Below the pieces are notes generated by a model. It was given only the letters and a program-made list of their open reading frames with translations, had not been told where the DNA came from and made no database searches. A program made the translations under genes and the position numbers. From Antedon mediterranea (lineage: Eukaryota; Animalia; Echinodermata), in NCBI RefSeq assembly GCF_964355755.1, contig NC_092672.1, positions 15,810,001 to 15,874,000 on the forward strand: a stretch of 64,000 bases of DNA, read 5' to 3'. Shown here piece after piece: positions 14,196-25,400 of this stretch. Each line of letters begins with the position of its first letter. Positions within the stretch are counted from its first letter, which is position 1.

Positions 14196-14415
14196 GCATA
14201 TAAAGCAGAAGATTCTGGGTTCAAATCTTGGTTTGGGTGACTTTTTCTCATTCTCACAGATTTCCTCATTTTAAATTTCAGTACGTGGTTTAGAATTTGT
14301 TCTGTAACTGTGGTGTTTATATACTTGCACTGATGAAGGGCTAGTGTTGCCCGAAAGCTCTGCTAACTTTTTTGGCTTTTTTTTTCTTCATTGAGATTCC
14401 AGCCACTGATTTATA
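14196..14415 (+). mobile_element. Dispersed diverged tRNA-like unit fused to a Penelope pseudo-LTR with hammerhead
   Basis: 3' half of the cloverleaf plus ctttttctcattctcacagatttcctcat. At the unit's TA tract it runs into cttgcactgatgaagggctagtgttgcccgaaagctctgctaac, the same sequence as 21459-21503. Confidence 0.8.
14325..14365 (+). ncRNA. Minimal type I hammerhead ribozyme (dispersed copy)
   Basis: Identical motif within an otherwise diverged flank. Confidence 0.78.
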
Positions 14416-14559
14416 TTTCGGTATCTTTTATTCATCAAAAAGTATATACATGAAACAATTCATGGCAGTATAAACTGAATTGCGAACTGAGTAGTTAAAT
14501 ACATTATACAAAATATACAGAATTAAACAAAATGAGCAATATGAAGATTAATACAATAG

Positions 14560-14965
14560 TTAAGTTGCGGTACATAGTCAATTAATTAGTAGAAAAATAT
14601 CTTTAAAAATATATAATGTTTAAATATTCTAAAAAAAGATTGACTGCTAGCATCAACATTCCTTTTATCAACGAGTAGTAATGTAGTTTTCATTTTCATT
14701 CTTTTTCGTTCATTCATTTAGTAATTTAACCATTGATGGTATAGGGGAATCGTTTAGTTCTACATTTATATTCTTTGTATTTAAGTGAATTTCGCATATT
14801 CATGTTATGTGTTTTATTGTTTAGTGGGAACCATTCACTAAATCTATTGTTTTGTACACATTTGTGAGCAAAATTGGCACAAAGCAGGTCACGGCGGTCT
14901 GACAAACGTTCAAAGCCTAACTCAGTCAGGGCCCCATAATTTGTGTTGTTTGGTATATAATACAC
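14560..14965 (-). mobile_element. CR1/L2-group LINE 3' remnant
   Basis: YGALTELGFERLSDRRDLLCANFA..EWFP..MRNS..YKCRTKRF is typical of an RT-ORF C-terminus. Confidence 0.6.
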
Positions 14966-15851
14966 ATCATGCCCAGTTTAAATAAGCATACGTTATTTCG
15001 CAAAGCGTCGTTCCTGATCTTGACTTGTGTCTATGGGATTAAATAACCTGCGACTAGAGATATCGCATGTCTGATATTATGGTAGTGTTTTGTCCTGTGT
15101 TTGTAATTTTATGTTATTTTTCACATATTTGATGTTTATTCCTAATATAATGTCGTACCTGATCATGGCCATATTTAGTCTATGGGTTTAAATAACCGGC
15201 GACAAGAGGAACAATTAACTTTTTGTGGTTGAATGTTTTTATTTTTAAATAATTTTTTTTTGTAGAATTTGTATATGTCACTTTATCCCTCATGGTAATC
15301 CCTCGTGTTTATGCCTTTGATTTGAACATCATAGATATTGTGCCAATTTGTCTTACACCAGCATACATTAAACATACTTCTATTTCGAACTATCTTATTC
15401 TGATTCTTAATTTCTCTTACTATTCTGTGGTGGTTCACTATTTTTTTTTACAACAAATTGTATTGCTATATAGCCTATGTGATTCAAGGCTGATTAATAT
15501 TTGGAATTTGAATGTGAATTTTTTTTCTAGATGTACTACATTAACTTTACAGGTCAACAACTTTACAGGTCAACCATGGTTTTACATTAATTAAATCAGT
15601 GACTGTATGATGGTCTTGTTTTTTTTGTTTTGTTTTTTTAAATTAATATTACTTAATTTATATTATCATATATATTATCATATTAGTCAATTATTAATTA
15701 TAGTTATCGTTTTAGTTGGTAGTTAATATTAACTATATCATATGAATCCTTGTATTTTCAACATTAATTTTATGTTATCAATATTATTTTTTTGGATTTG
15801 ATCCTCTTAAAGATTGAGAAGTGGGACACTTCTTTGATAGGTGGGGAATGA

Positions 15852-16356
15852 TGTAACACACCAGAGAATATAAATCTATTAACTGTTTACAAGTTGGCAT
15901 TTTGTGGAATGTATAATTGCTCTAATGGGAGTTACTATAAATACTTGTTGATGTCCAGTGGTCCAATTTGCCCTAACCTTCACTGAGGTGAAGGTGATGT
16001 GACATCCCTCCTTTAATGACTATTCCTCATCATCAAAGAATGTTCCTTGTTCCAAATAGTCCCCTCCCAGTACATGCATATTAATTAGGACTGTTCCTTA
16101 AATATGGATGTACTGGCCAAGAGGAAGAGAGTTAACAAATTTATAAAGAGAGAAGAATAATAATAATAGGGAGGATAAAACATTTACAATATAGGAACAT
16201 ATATGATATAGCCAGTACATACTGCATTATATTGAGTATTGAAATAAAACTGTTGTCACTGGACAAAACCATATTTACTGTTTGTATATTCTGTGACTGT
16301 GTGAAATCCTGCCACTGAGACTATAGTATATAGTAACGGAAACAACAACCGTTACA
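15852..16356. mobile_element. Possible solo LTR
   Basis: TGTAAC...GTTACA inverted termini, internal AATAAA, about 505 bp; TSD not evident. Confidence 0.35.
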
Positions 16357-17107
16357 CTATTATACACCTACAAGCCCTTTTCTGGACGCGTTCAATCAGG
16401 TTGGATTGTGCGTGGGTTATACCAAAATGCCAAACTGGGGCGGCGTATTCTAAAACGGGTCTGATGTAGACCTTAAATACAATGGACAGCTCCTCCTTAA
16501 TGAAACCACTTAGCTTGAGAATTTATATATATATAAATCCAAAAGCAAATTACTGAAAAAATGACAATGCTGTGGGTATCAGTGGCTGGATCTCAATGGA
16601 GAAAAAAAAAGTTAAAAGCTAAATCAAAACGATAAAGTAAAACAGCCCGGTTGGGCCGACTTTTTCTCATTCTCACAGATTTCCTTATCTTCATCGTTTC
16701 AAATTAATTAATAAAATTTCAGTATATCACCGGGCGGTTTAGAATTAATGTTCATTGCCTGATGTGTTTATATATATATATAGCAGGCGGTCCGAGTTCG
16801 AGTCTCGGTTGGGGCGACTTTTTCTCATTCTCACAGATTTCCTCATCTTTATCGTTTCAAACTAATTAATTAAATCAGTATATCACCGGGCGGTTTATAA
16901 TTAATGTTCTTTGCCTGTTGTGTTTATATATATAAAAAGTATCTCTTCGGAGATCCCGCCTCGTGAATAAAAATACTGAAAAATGAGGGCGTATCAATTT
17001 GATCTCTGTTGCGCGTGCGTACAACTGAGGACTAGTGCTGTTCCGCCGTACCACGCCGACAATGTTAAAGAGTAGCTATCCAATCGAGTTCGAACAATAC
17101 CATGAAA

Positions 17108-17179
17108 GCCTCAGTGGTCTAATGGTTAGGACATCTGCATATCAAGCAGGCGGTCCGAGTTCGAGTCTCGGTTGGGGCG
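17108..17179 (+). tRNA. tRNA-like gene, anticodon ATC (Asp), array copy 1
   Basis: 72-nt cloverleaf: acceptor GCCTCAG/TTGGGGC, D stem GTC/GAC, anticodon stem TCTGC/GCAGG with loop ATATCAA, T stem CCGAG/CTCGG with loop TTCGAGT, G discriminator, then TTTTT. Confidence 0.65.
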
Positions 17180-17472
17180 ACTTTTTCTCATTCTCACAGA
17201 CTTCCTCATCTTTATCGTTTCAAATTAATTAATTAAATTTCAGTATATCACCGGGCGGTTTATAATTAATGTTCTTTGCCTGTTGTGTTTATATATATAA
17301 AAAGTATCTCATCGGAGATCCCGCCTCGTGAATAAAAATACTGAAAGATGAGGGCGTATCAATTTGATCTCTGTTGCGCGTGCGTACAACTGAGGATTAG
17401 TGCTGTTCCGCCGTACCACGCCGAGAATGTTAAAGAGTCGCTATCCAATCGAGTTCGAACAATACCATGAAA

Positions 17473-17544
17473 GCCCCAGTGGTCTAATGGTTAGGACATC
17501 TGCATATCAAGCAGGCGGTCCGAGTTCGAGTCTCGGTTGGGGCG
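17473..17544 (+). tRNA. tRNA-like gene, anticodon ATC (Asp), array copy 2
   Basis: Same fold with acceptor GCCCCAG/TTGGGGC, followed by TTTTT. Confidence 0.65.
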
Positions 17545-17837
17545 ACTTTTTCTCATTCTCACAGATTTCCTCATCTTTATAGTTTCAAATTAATTAATTA
17601 AATTTCAGGATATCACCGGGCGGTTTAGAATTAATGTTCTTTGCCTGTTGTGTTTATATATATAAAAAGTATCTCTTCGGAGATCCCACCTCGTGAATAA
17701 AAATACTGAAAGATGAGGGCGTATCAATTTGATCTCTGTTGCGCGTGCGTACAACTGAGGACTAGTGCTGTTCCGCCGTACCACGCCGAGAATGTTAAAG
17801 AGTCGCTATCCAATCGAGTTCGAACAATACCATGAAA

Positions 17838-17909
17838 GCCCCAGTGGACTAATGGTTAGGACATCTGCATATCAAGCAGGCGGTCCGAGTTAGAGTCTCG
17901 GTTGGGGTG
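17838..17909 (+). pseudogene. tRNA-like ATC unit, mutated copy 3
   Basis: D-stem T>A and T-loop TTCGA>TTAGA substitutions relative to copies 1 and 2. Confidence 0.65.
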
Positions 17910-17934
17910 ACTTTTCCTCATTCTCACAGATTTC

Positions 17935-20262
17935 AATTCAATTCAATTCAATTCAAAATTCTTTAATCATCCCACACGGGGCAATTCAAATAAAAAGGTC
18001 TGGATTAAAATGATCTTACAAAATATACAAAATATCACAATACACAGAACAAAATAGAAAAAAAGTCAAGTCAAGGTTCAAGAATTTAAGAGTCGAATAG
18101 CCACTGGCAAAAACGAATTCCTTTTCCGGTTTGTTCTACATGCCGGGCATCGAAAGCGACGCCCATGAGGCATGAGCTCGAAATCACTGAACAAGGCATG
18201 GTTAATATTTTTAGAATAGCTCTACTTTTTTCTAGAGTTTGCATGTCACAGAAAGAAGATAAGCTACGAAGTTGACAACCTATTAATTTAGAACTTAAGT
18301 TAACAATTCTTTGTAGTGAGTTTTTCTCTTTGACCCTAAGACTAAAAAACCAGCATATAAAGGAAAAAGTTAAAACGTTCTCAATAAAGGAATTATAAAA
18401 AACCCTAAGAATTACTTTATCGACATTAAAATGGTTCAGCTTCCTTAACAGATAAAGTCTCTGGTGTCCTTTCTTTACTATTGCCTCTGTGTTTAATTCC
18501 CAGCCGAGATTGTCCTCAAATATAGTACCTAGGTATTTAAAGGAATGGACAATATCGACTGGTTCGTCATTTATAATGGATACCCAAGGGTTGCGTCCTT
18601 TCTCCTTCCTAAAATCTACAATCATCTCCTTGGTTTTGGTCACATTGAGTTCCAAGTAGGAGTTCCCACAAAATTGGATAAAATCATCTAAAGCGGAACC
18701 ATGGCCGTCCTGTGAATTTTGAAGGAGAGACAGCAAGACAGTGTCGTCAGCAAATTTAACAAGATGACTATTGTCCTGTTTGCTGCGACAGTCATCCGTG
18801 TATATAATATACAGGAGAGGAGAGAGGACGCAACCCTGGGGGGATCCAATACTTGTCATACGTACATTCGAGTGTCTTTGGTTAACTAAGACCCTCTGAC
18901 ATCTGTTCGTAAGAAAACTTATAATCCATAATACAAAATCACGTTGAAAACCAAAATTCGAAATTAATTTGTTTGCTAAAATATAAGGGTGCATGGTATT
19001 GAAGGCAGAAGAGAAGTCGGCGAATAACATTCTGGCGTGAGATCGAGGCAGTTCAAGGTGCTTGTACAATGTGTTTAATAAAAAAAGCTTGGCATCCTCA
19101 ACACCTCTCCCAGACCTGTATGCAAACTGCAGTGGATCGAGTTTAGACTCTACAACAGACGTGATGTAGGTTTTAACTATCTTTTCAAAGATTTCCATAA
19201 CAAGAGATGTCAGCGCAATAGGGCGCAGATCATTCAGTTGTTTTATGACAGTCTGTTTAGGAATAGGTTTTATAATCGATTCTTTCCAAAGATTAGGAAC
19301 TACACACTGGTTTATAGAGGTCTGGAAGAGGTACCGAAGGACACCACTGAGCTGATCCGCACACGACTTCAATGTTCTGCCCTCAATACCATCGGGACCA
19401 GAACTCTTATTTACATTTATATTCCTGAGTAATGTTCTAACATGATCCTCAGAAATAATAATTTCATCTACATGCGGATCATTATTGCCAACAGTGTCGT
19501 CTTTTAAATCGTGTTTTTCAAACCTAGCAAAGAAGTCGTTTAATCTATCTGGCAATGCCTGGTCATCAATACCCTCTACATTTATTTTATTTCTTTGTGT
19601 TTTATCAGCTGTGTTTATAGACGCCATATGTTTAATTCCTTGCCAAGCACTACGAATACATCCACTACTAAACTTATTTTCAATTTTTCTCTTATACATG
19701 TCTTTAGCCATACGGACAGCTACTTTAACTTCTTTATTTATTTGCTTATTATCGTGAGTGGTGCCTTGGTAAAAAATCCGTTTTTTCTTATTTAATATGT
19801 CTTTCAACTCTTTCGTAACCCACGGCTTTTTTTTCGGTATTACTGAATCAACACAATAATTTACATATGATGTTATAACATCCGCCATTTCGTTTAGATT
19901 TGGTGACGACTCATAAAATACTTGCCAATCAGTGCATTCAAAACACCCTCTTAAACGTTCGATACTGTCCAAAGTCCACAATTTAACAGTCTTGACTATT
20001 TTGTCCTTCCTCTGGATAACTGGGACATATTTTGGAATCAGATTCACACAATTGTGGTCCGACGCACCAAGCGGTGGTAATGCCACGGACCTATATGCGC
20101 TTGGAACTGTACCGTAGCATAAATCTATTGTTTTATCTTTACGAGTAGGGCAGGTTACATATTGGTGGTATATTCTGAGCACTTTACCAAGCTTGTGTTG
20201 GTTGAAATCGCCTAATATGAGCCTGGGTGCATCAGGTGACAATGTCTCCAACTTGTGCGTAT
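17935..20262 (-). mobile_element. 5'-truncated Rex1/Babar-like LINE (RT ORF 18086-20251)
   Basis: End of AP endonuclease (ILGDFN, SDH); RT motifs QFAY, DFSSAF, GSPQGCVLSP, FADD, KYLG; C-terminal KGHQRLYLLRKL...FYNSFIENVLTF. (TTGAA)n tail; flanked by TTTC on both sides inside an array unit; frameshift near the C-terminus. Confidence 0.88.
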
Positions 20263-20534
20263 TTTCCTCATCTTTATCGTTTCAAATTAATTAATTAAAT
20301 TTCAGTATATCACCGGGCGGTTTAGAATTAATGTTCTTTGCCTGTTGTGTTTATATATATAAAAAGTATCTCATCGGAGATCCCGCCTCGTGAATAAAAA
20401 TACTGAAAGATGAGGGCGTATCAATTTGATCTCTGTTGCGCATGCGTACAACTGAGGACTAGTGCTGTTCCGCCGTACCACGCCGAAAATGTTAAAGAGT
20501 AGCTATCCAATCGAGTTCGAACAATACCATGAAA

Positions 20535-20599
20535 GCCTCAGTGGTCTAATGGTTAGGACATCTGCATATCAAGCAGGCGGTCCGAGTTCGATTGGGGCG
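20535..20599 (+). pseudogene. tRNA-like ATC unit, deleted copy 4
   Basis: Lacks 7 nt including the 3' strand of the T stem. Confidence 0.65.
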
Positions 20600-20900
20600 A
20601 CTTTTTCTCATTCTCACAGACTTCCTCATCTTTATCGTTTCAAATTAATTAATTAAATTTCAGTATATCACCGGGCGGTTTAGAATTAATGTTCTTTGCC
20701 TGTTGTGTTTATATATATTTCCTCATCTTTATCGTTTCAAATTAATTAATTAAATTTCAGTATATCACCGGGCGGTTTCAAAGGCAAATTACTGAAAAAA
20801 AATGACAATGCTGTGGGTATCAGTGGCTGGATCTCAATGGAAATACACAAAAAAAAGCGAAAAGCTAAATCAAAACGATAAAGTAAACAGCCAGAAAAGT

Positions 20901-20941
20901 TAGCAGAGCTTTCGGGCAACACTAGCCCTTCATCAGTGCAA
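20901..20941 (-). ncRNA. Minimal type I hammerhead ribozyme (PLE sense copy)
   Basis: Exact reverse complement of the same motif. Confidence 0.8.
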
Positions 20942-21459
20942 GTGAGGGAATTTGGATAAAGTCATAGCATATGAGTTGGCAAGTACTGCCTGGGTGGAAT
21001 AGGAATAGGAATAAAAGTAATATAACAATAGAAGCAGCTTGTTGAAGGGTGGGTGGAGACTGAAAAAGAGTAGAAAACAAAGAAGGTAGCTTGGTAGAGA
21101 TATAAACAATTTTGGAATGGAACTAAAAAAAGCTAAAATGGTGGTTAATATTGAAACTTAAATTTTGGTAGTCAATGGAATAATTTTACCGATCTGGGAG
21201 TATGTTCCTAATGTAAAGTCCAAAAGGTTTTGTGGTTTTAAGTAGTAATTCCCAGTGGTTTTCTTTGTCTTTGCGAGTTTTATATATATATATAAAGCTC
21301 TGCTAACTTTTCTGGCTGTTTACTTTATCGTTTTGATTTAGCTTTTCGCTTTTTATTTTTGTATCTCCATTGAGATCCAGCCACTGATACCCACAGCATT
21401 GTCATTTTTTTCAGTAATTTGCCTTTGGATTTATATATATATATATATATATATACCAC

Positions 21460-21500
21460 TTGCACTGATGAAGGGCTAGTGTTGCCCGAAAGCTCTGCTA
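21460..21500 (+). ncRNA. Minimal type I hammerhead ribozyme
   Basis: GCA-CTGATGA-A-GGGC[tagtgtt]GCCC-GAAA-GC-TC^TGC: canonical core, 4-bp stem II, palindromic AGCT in place of stem III. Confidence 0.8.
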
Positions 21501-21665
21501 ACTTTTCTGGCTGTTTACTTTATCGTTTTGATTTAGCTTTTTATTTTTGTATCTCCATTGAGATCCAGCCACTGATACCCGTGCAGCATTGTCATTTTTT
21601 TCAGTAATTTGCCTTTGGATTTATATATATATCACTTATATATATATATATCACTTATATATCAC

Positions 21666-21706
21666 TTGCACTGATGAAGGGCTAGTGTTGCCCGAAAGCT
21701 CTGCTA
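21666..21706 (+). ncRNA. Minimal type I hammerhead ribozyme (tandem copy)
   Basis: Identical to 21460-21500, 206 bp downstream. Confidence 0.8.
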
Positions 21707-22421
21707 ACTTTTCTGGCTGTTAACTTTATCGTTTTGATTTAGCTTTTCGCTTTCTATTTTTGTATCTCCATTGAGATCCAGCCACTGATACCCACAGCAT
21801 TGTCATTTTTTTCAGTAATTTGCTTTTGGATTTATATATATATAAAATATATAATAAAATTAAATAGATGGTATTTAAATAAAACGTTAGTAGGTTATGG
21901 TGGGCGGTAAATATTTGTACATATTATATATTAAGTGTAGTATTTCTGTCTCCATGCAGCAGTTAAGTATTGTTTACAGCATAGAAATATTATTCACTAG
22001 TCATAATTTCACCTATTCTCTCAAATTCTAAGTTAAAATCATCATCATAACCTTAGGGTATTACCGAGAGTTGATTCCATTGATATTTAATTCAATTCAA
22101 CTCAGTGTACGTTAATATTTATTATTTCAGACATTCAACCACCAAACATGAATAATATGTGGTTAAAATATCGTATACTTATCAATTATCAGCCCGTACA
22201 GGTTTTGTATACTAAAAAAAAATCTTCGAACACCGGCACCGTGTTGTCTTCCTATCCCAAGTTCACATGCCATGTGTAATTTTCGCGTGATTATCATGTC
22301 CATGTCATTAAACATACAAAATCCAGTAAATTCTCGAGGAGTTTGATATTGACTGTGTAATTTGCGTGTGTGGCATGCCACGTAACTTGCTTGAAGAAAT
22401 AAATCAACTAGGTGGGATCAG

Positions 22422-25400
22422 TTGTATATTCCTTTTGATCCCCGTAATCTACTTATTGTTATTGAACGCCTTGAGAATTGCCTTAAAGACATCCATACCT
22501 GGCTTTCAACCAATCTCCTCAAATTAAATGATAATAAATCTGAATACATCTTTTTCTGTACTAATCATATTCGTACCAAAATAGCACCCCATTTTATTAC
22601 TATTGGCTCATCACTCATACATCCGTCTCAATTAGTTACTGATCTTGGTATAAAACTTGTCGAATCTCTAAACATGCAAGCACACATCAGTTATATTACT
22701 AAACCAGTAAACTTTTATCTTCGCAATATTTAGTCCAGGAGTATTAGACAAAAAAAGGGCCAAAGGTAGAAATAAATATGCTAAAGCTGAATTTTTCAGG
22801 ATAGGTCCCCAATGTTGTCTGGAACAACATACTAAAAGTCCCCGGGTTTCCCCGTTGTGCTTCAACCTGATTCGGCCATTTTTCAAAATGGCGGCCATCT
22901 TAACATTATTTACCATATTTTGACAACCAGTAGGTGTAAGTAAACAATTTTGGTGTCAAAATACTCAGAAGACCAATATTTATATTCGCTGTAATGGAGA
23001 AGTTTTTAAAAAAATGACCGGAAATGCCTGTTTTGACCTTTGACCATAAATTTGGATTATCTCAATATCTCATCAACGACTGGCCGTAGAGAGTTAGAAA
23101 TTGTCCCAAATTATTCAGAATGCCCAACTTTCTATTCACTCTAATGAAAGAAAAATACTAAATTCCTTTAGAAACCTTTTATTCTGACCTTTGAACTATT
23201 GACCTAAGCATATTTTAATTTTAAAGACATCTTGGTGATCGATAGGAGTACATAAGCGAAATTGGTGTCAAAATACTCAGAAGACCCATATTTATATTCA
23301 TTATAATGGAGAAGTTTTTTAAAAAATGACCGGAAATGCATGTTTTGAACTTTGACCCTAGATTTGGATTATCTCAATATCTCATCAACGACTGGCCGTA
23401 GAGACTTCAAAGTTGTCCCAAATTATTCGGAATGCCCAACTTTCTATTTACTTTAATGAAAGAAAAATACCAAAAACCTTTAGAAACCTTCTATTTTGAC
23501 CTTTGAACTATTGGCGTAGGCATATTTATTTTTGACATCTTGGTGATCGATAGGATACGAAATTGGTTTCAAAATTTATAACTTTGACCCTAAATTTTGG
23601 TTATCTCAATACCGCATCAACTGCTGGCCGTAGAGACTTCAAAATTGTCCTAAATTAAGCAGTGTGCCCAACTCTCTATTCACTGTAGTTAAAGAAAAAT
23701 ACTAAAAGCCTTTAGAAACCACCTATTTTGCCATTGGAACTATTGATCTGGCCAATACAGTATTTTATATCATAATTATATAGAAATCTTGGTGATCGAT
23801 AGGAATACATAAGCGAATTTGTTGTCAAAATATTCCAAAACACCCATGTTTTTTTACCTTTGACTTTAATCACTACATTATAATTTAATAATTTAAGTCC
23901 CAAATAGCATGATGGACATATCATACCATTCATCATGCCATGAGATGTCAAATTTATCTGAAACAGCCTAGAAAAAATGTCTGATGGACAAATAATAATA
24001 TTCATCAATATAGATATGAGGCCAAAATTTCAGGTATCAAAGGGTCACAATGTGTCATTTGACAAATCACCTAAATAATAAAATACAATATGAAACTCTT
24101 ACAAATCTATCAAGATGGATTATAAAGAAATTGTCACTGTAAAGTTGTTATGGTCTTCAACAGATTTTCATGCCCTTATTTTATTAACCAGTCCTGAAGT
24201 ATTTTCGATTTTTAGAGAATTTTGATTAGAAAAAAAACAGAGAAAAATGTTCACATCTTAAAGATAAATGCAATAATTCTTTTAATATTAAATTGCATCA
24301 TATCAGATAAGAATCGGAGGTATGACTAGAGCCTAAAATGAGACTTAGACTGAGACCTTGATAAATGGTTGGGTGGGTGAGCAGTTTTAGACAATTTAAA
24401 AAATGTTATATGATGAATTATGTACTTCAGACCTATATACACAAAGAAATGTAATAGTGCAGCTCAATTGAAAAAAAAAAAACAATTTTACCAATAAGTG
24501 GTGTCAAATCAACCAGTAGTGGTCTCTGCTATATATTAAATGGCACTGCCGAAGAGGAAACATTTCAGAATTGGTGTAGCTCCAAAGTTTAAACATGGAC
24601 ATTAGCCATATAGAGAAGGCGTGGCATTTTTGGAGGACTAATTTCTAACCTTAATATTTCAAGAATAAATAAATAATAAAATTTGTTTGGTTACTACTGA
24701 ATAAAAGAAGTGAAAACAGGCTAAAGCCCAAACAGACAGTAAAATGTATCATATATATATATAGTTTAAAATTGGGATTTGGTTTGTCTGTTTAGCATCT
24801 GAGCAATTTGGAATGAATTTTACCTCTCATGGCAATGGCCATACTGATGAATTGTTAGATTCTGTCTATCTTTATGTCAACTTAAATTTAACTTTTTGCA
24901 TCTAAGCCCTCCCTCTGGAGAGCACGGGCTATTGTCGGTTTATACAGGTAAGCTAGACACGAAATAGACTAATTCTCTTTAAAATGTAATGATTAAGGTC
25001 AAAGGTCAAAACACTTTCAATCGCATTTAGTACATTATTTCTATAAGAGTAAACAGAAACATGGGTGTTTTGGAGTATTTTGACACCAAATTCCCTTATG
25101 TATTCCTATCGATCACCAAGATTTCTATACAATTTTGGTATAAAATATGACCAGATCAAGGGTTCAACGGTCAAAATAGAAGGTTTCTAAAGGAATTTGG
25201 TATTTTTCTTTCATTAAAGTGAATAGAAAGTTGGGCATTCCGAATAATTTGAGAAAACTTTGAAGTCTCTACGGCCAGTAATTGATGAGATATTGAGATA
25301 ATCCAAATTTAGGGTCAAAGTTCAAAAGATGCATTTCCGGTCATTTTTTAAAAAACTTTTCCATTATAATGAATATAAATATGGGTCTTCTAAGTATTTT

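Larger units (their letters stand above)
16648..20778 (+). repeat. 365-bp tandem array of tRNA-like units, interrupted by a LINE
   Basis: Near-identical units at 365-bp spacing (cloverleaf starts 17108, 17473, 17838, then 20535 after the LINE). Partial units at both ends; each unit has a short (TA)n tract. Confidence 0.92.
20779..21832 (-). mobile_element. 5'-truncated Penelope-like retroelement: GIY-YIG C-terminus, 3'UTR, pseudo-LTR, and inverted tandem pseudo-LTRs
   Basis: 21186-21278(-) reads TRKDKENHWELLLKTTKPFGLYIR, matching the PLE end motif E..W...L.T..P.GLN. pLTR 20779-20945(-); inverted copies at about 21294-21431, 21457-21621 and 21663-21832 separated by (TA)n; further partial pLTR at about 16535-16648(-). 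Confidence 0.8.

Noticed and set aside
17035-17582. Repeated 60-65 aa ORFs MLFRRTTP...
   Set aside because: GTG-start by-products of the tRNA-like tandem unit; stops differ between copies.
19238-20117. Plus-strand ORFs
   Set aside because: Antisense shadows of the LINE RT ORF; the same applies to 58794-59982 for Penelope.
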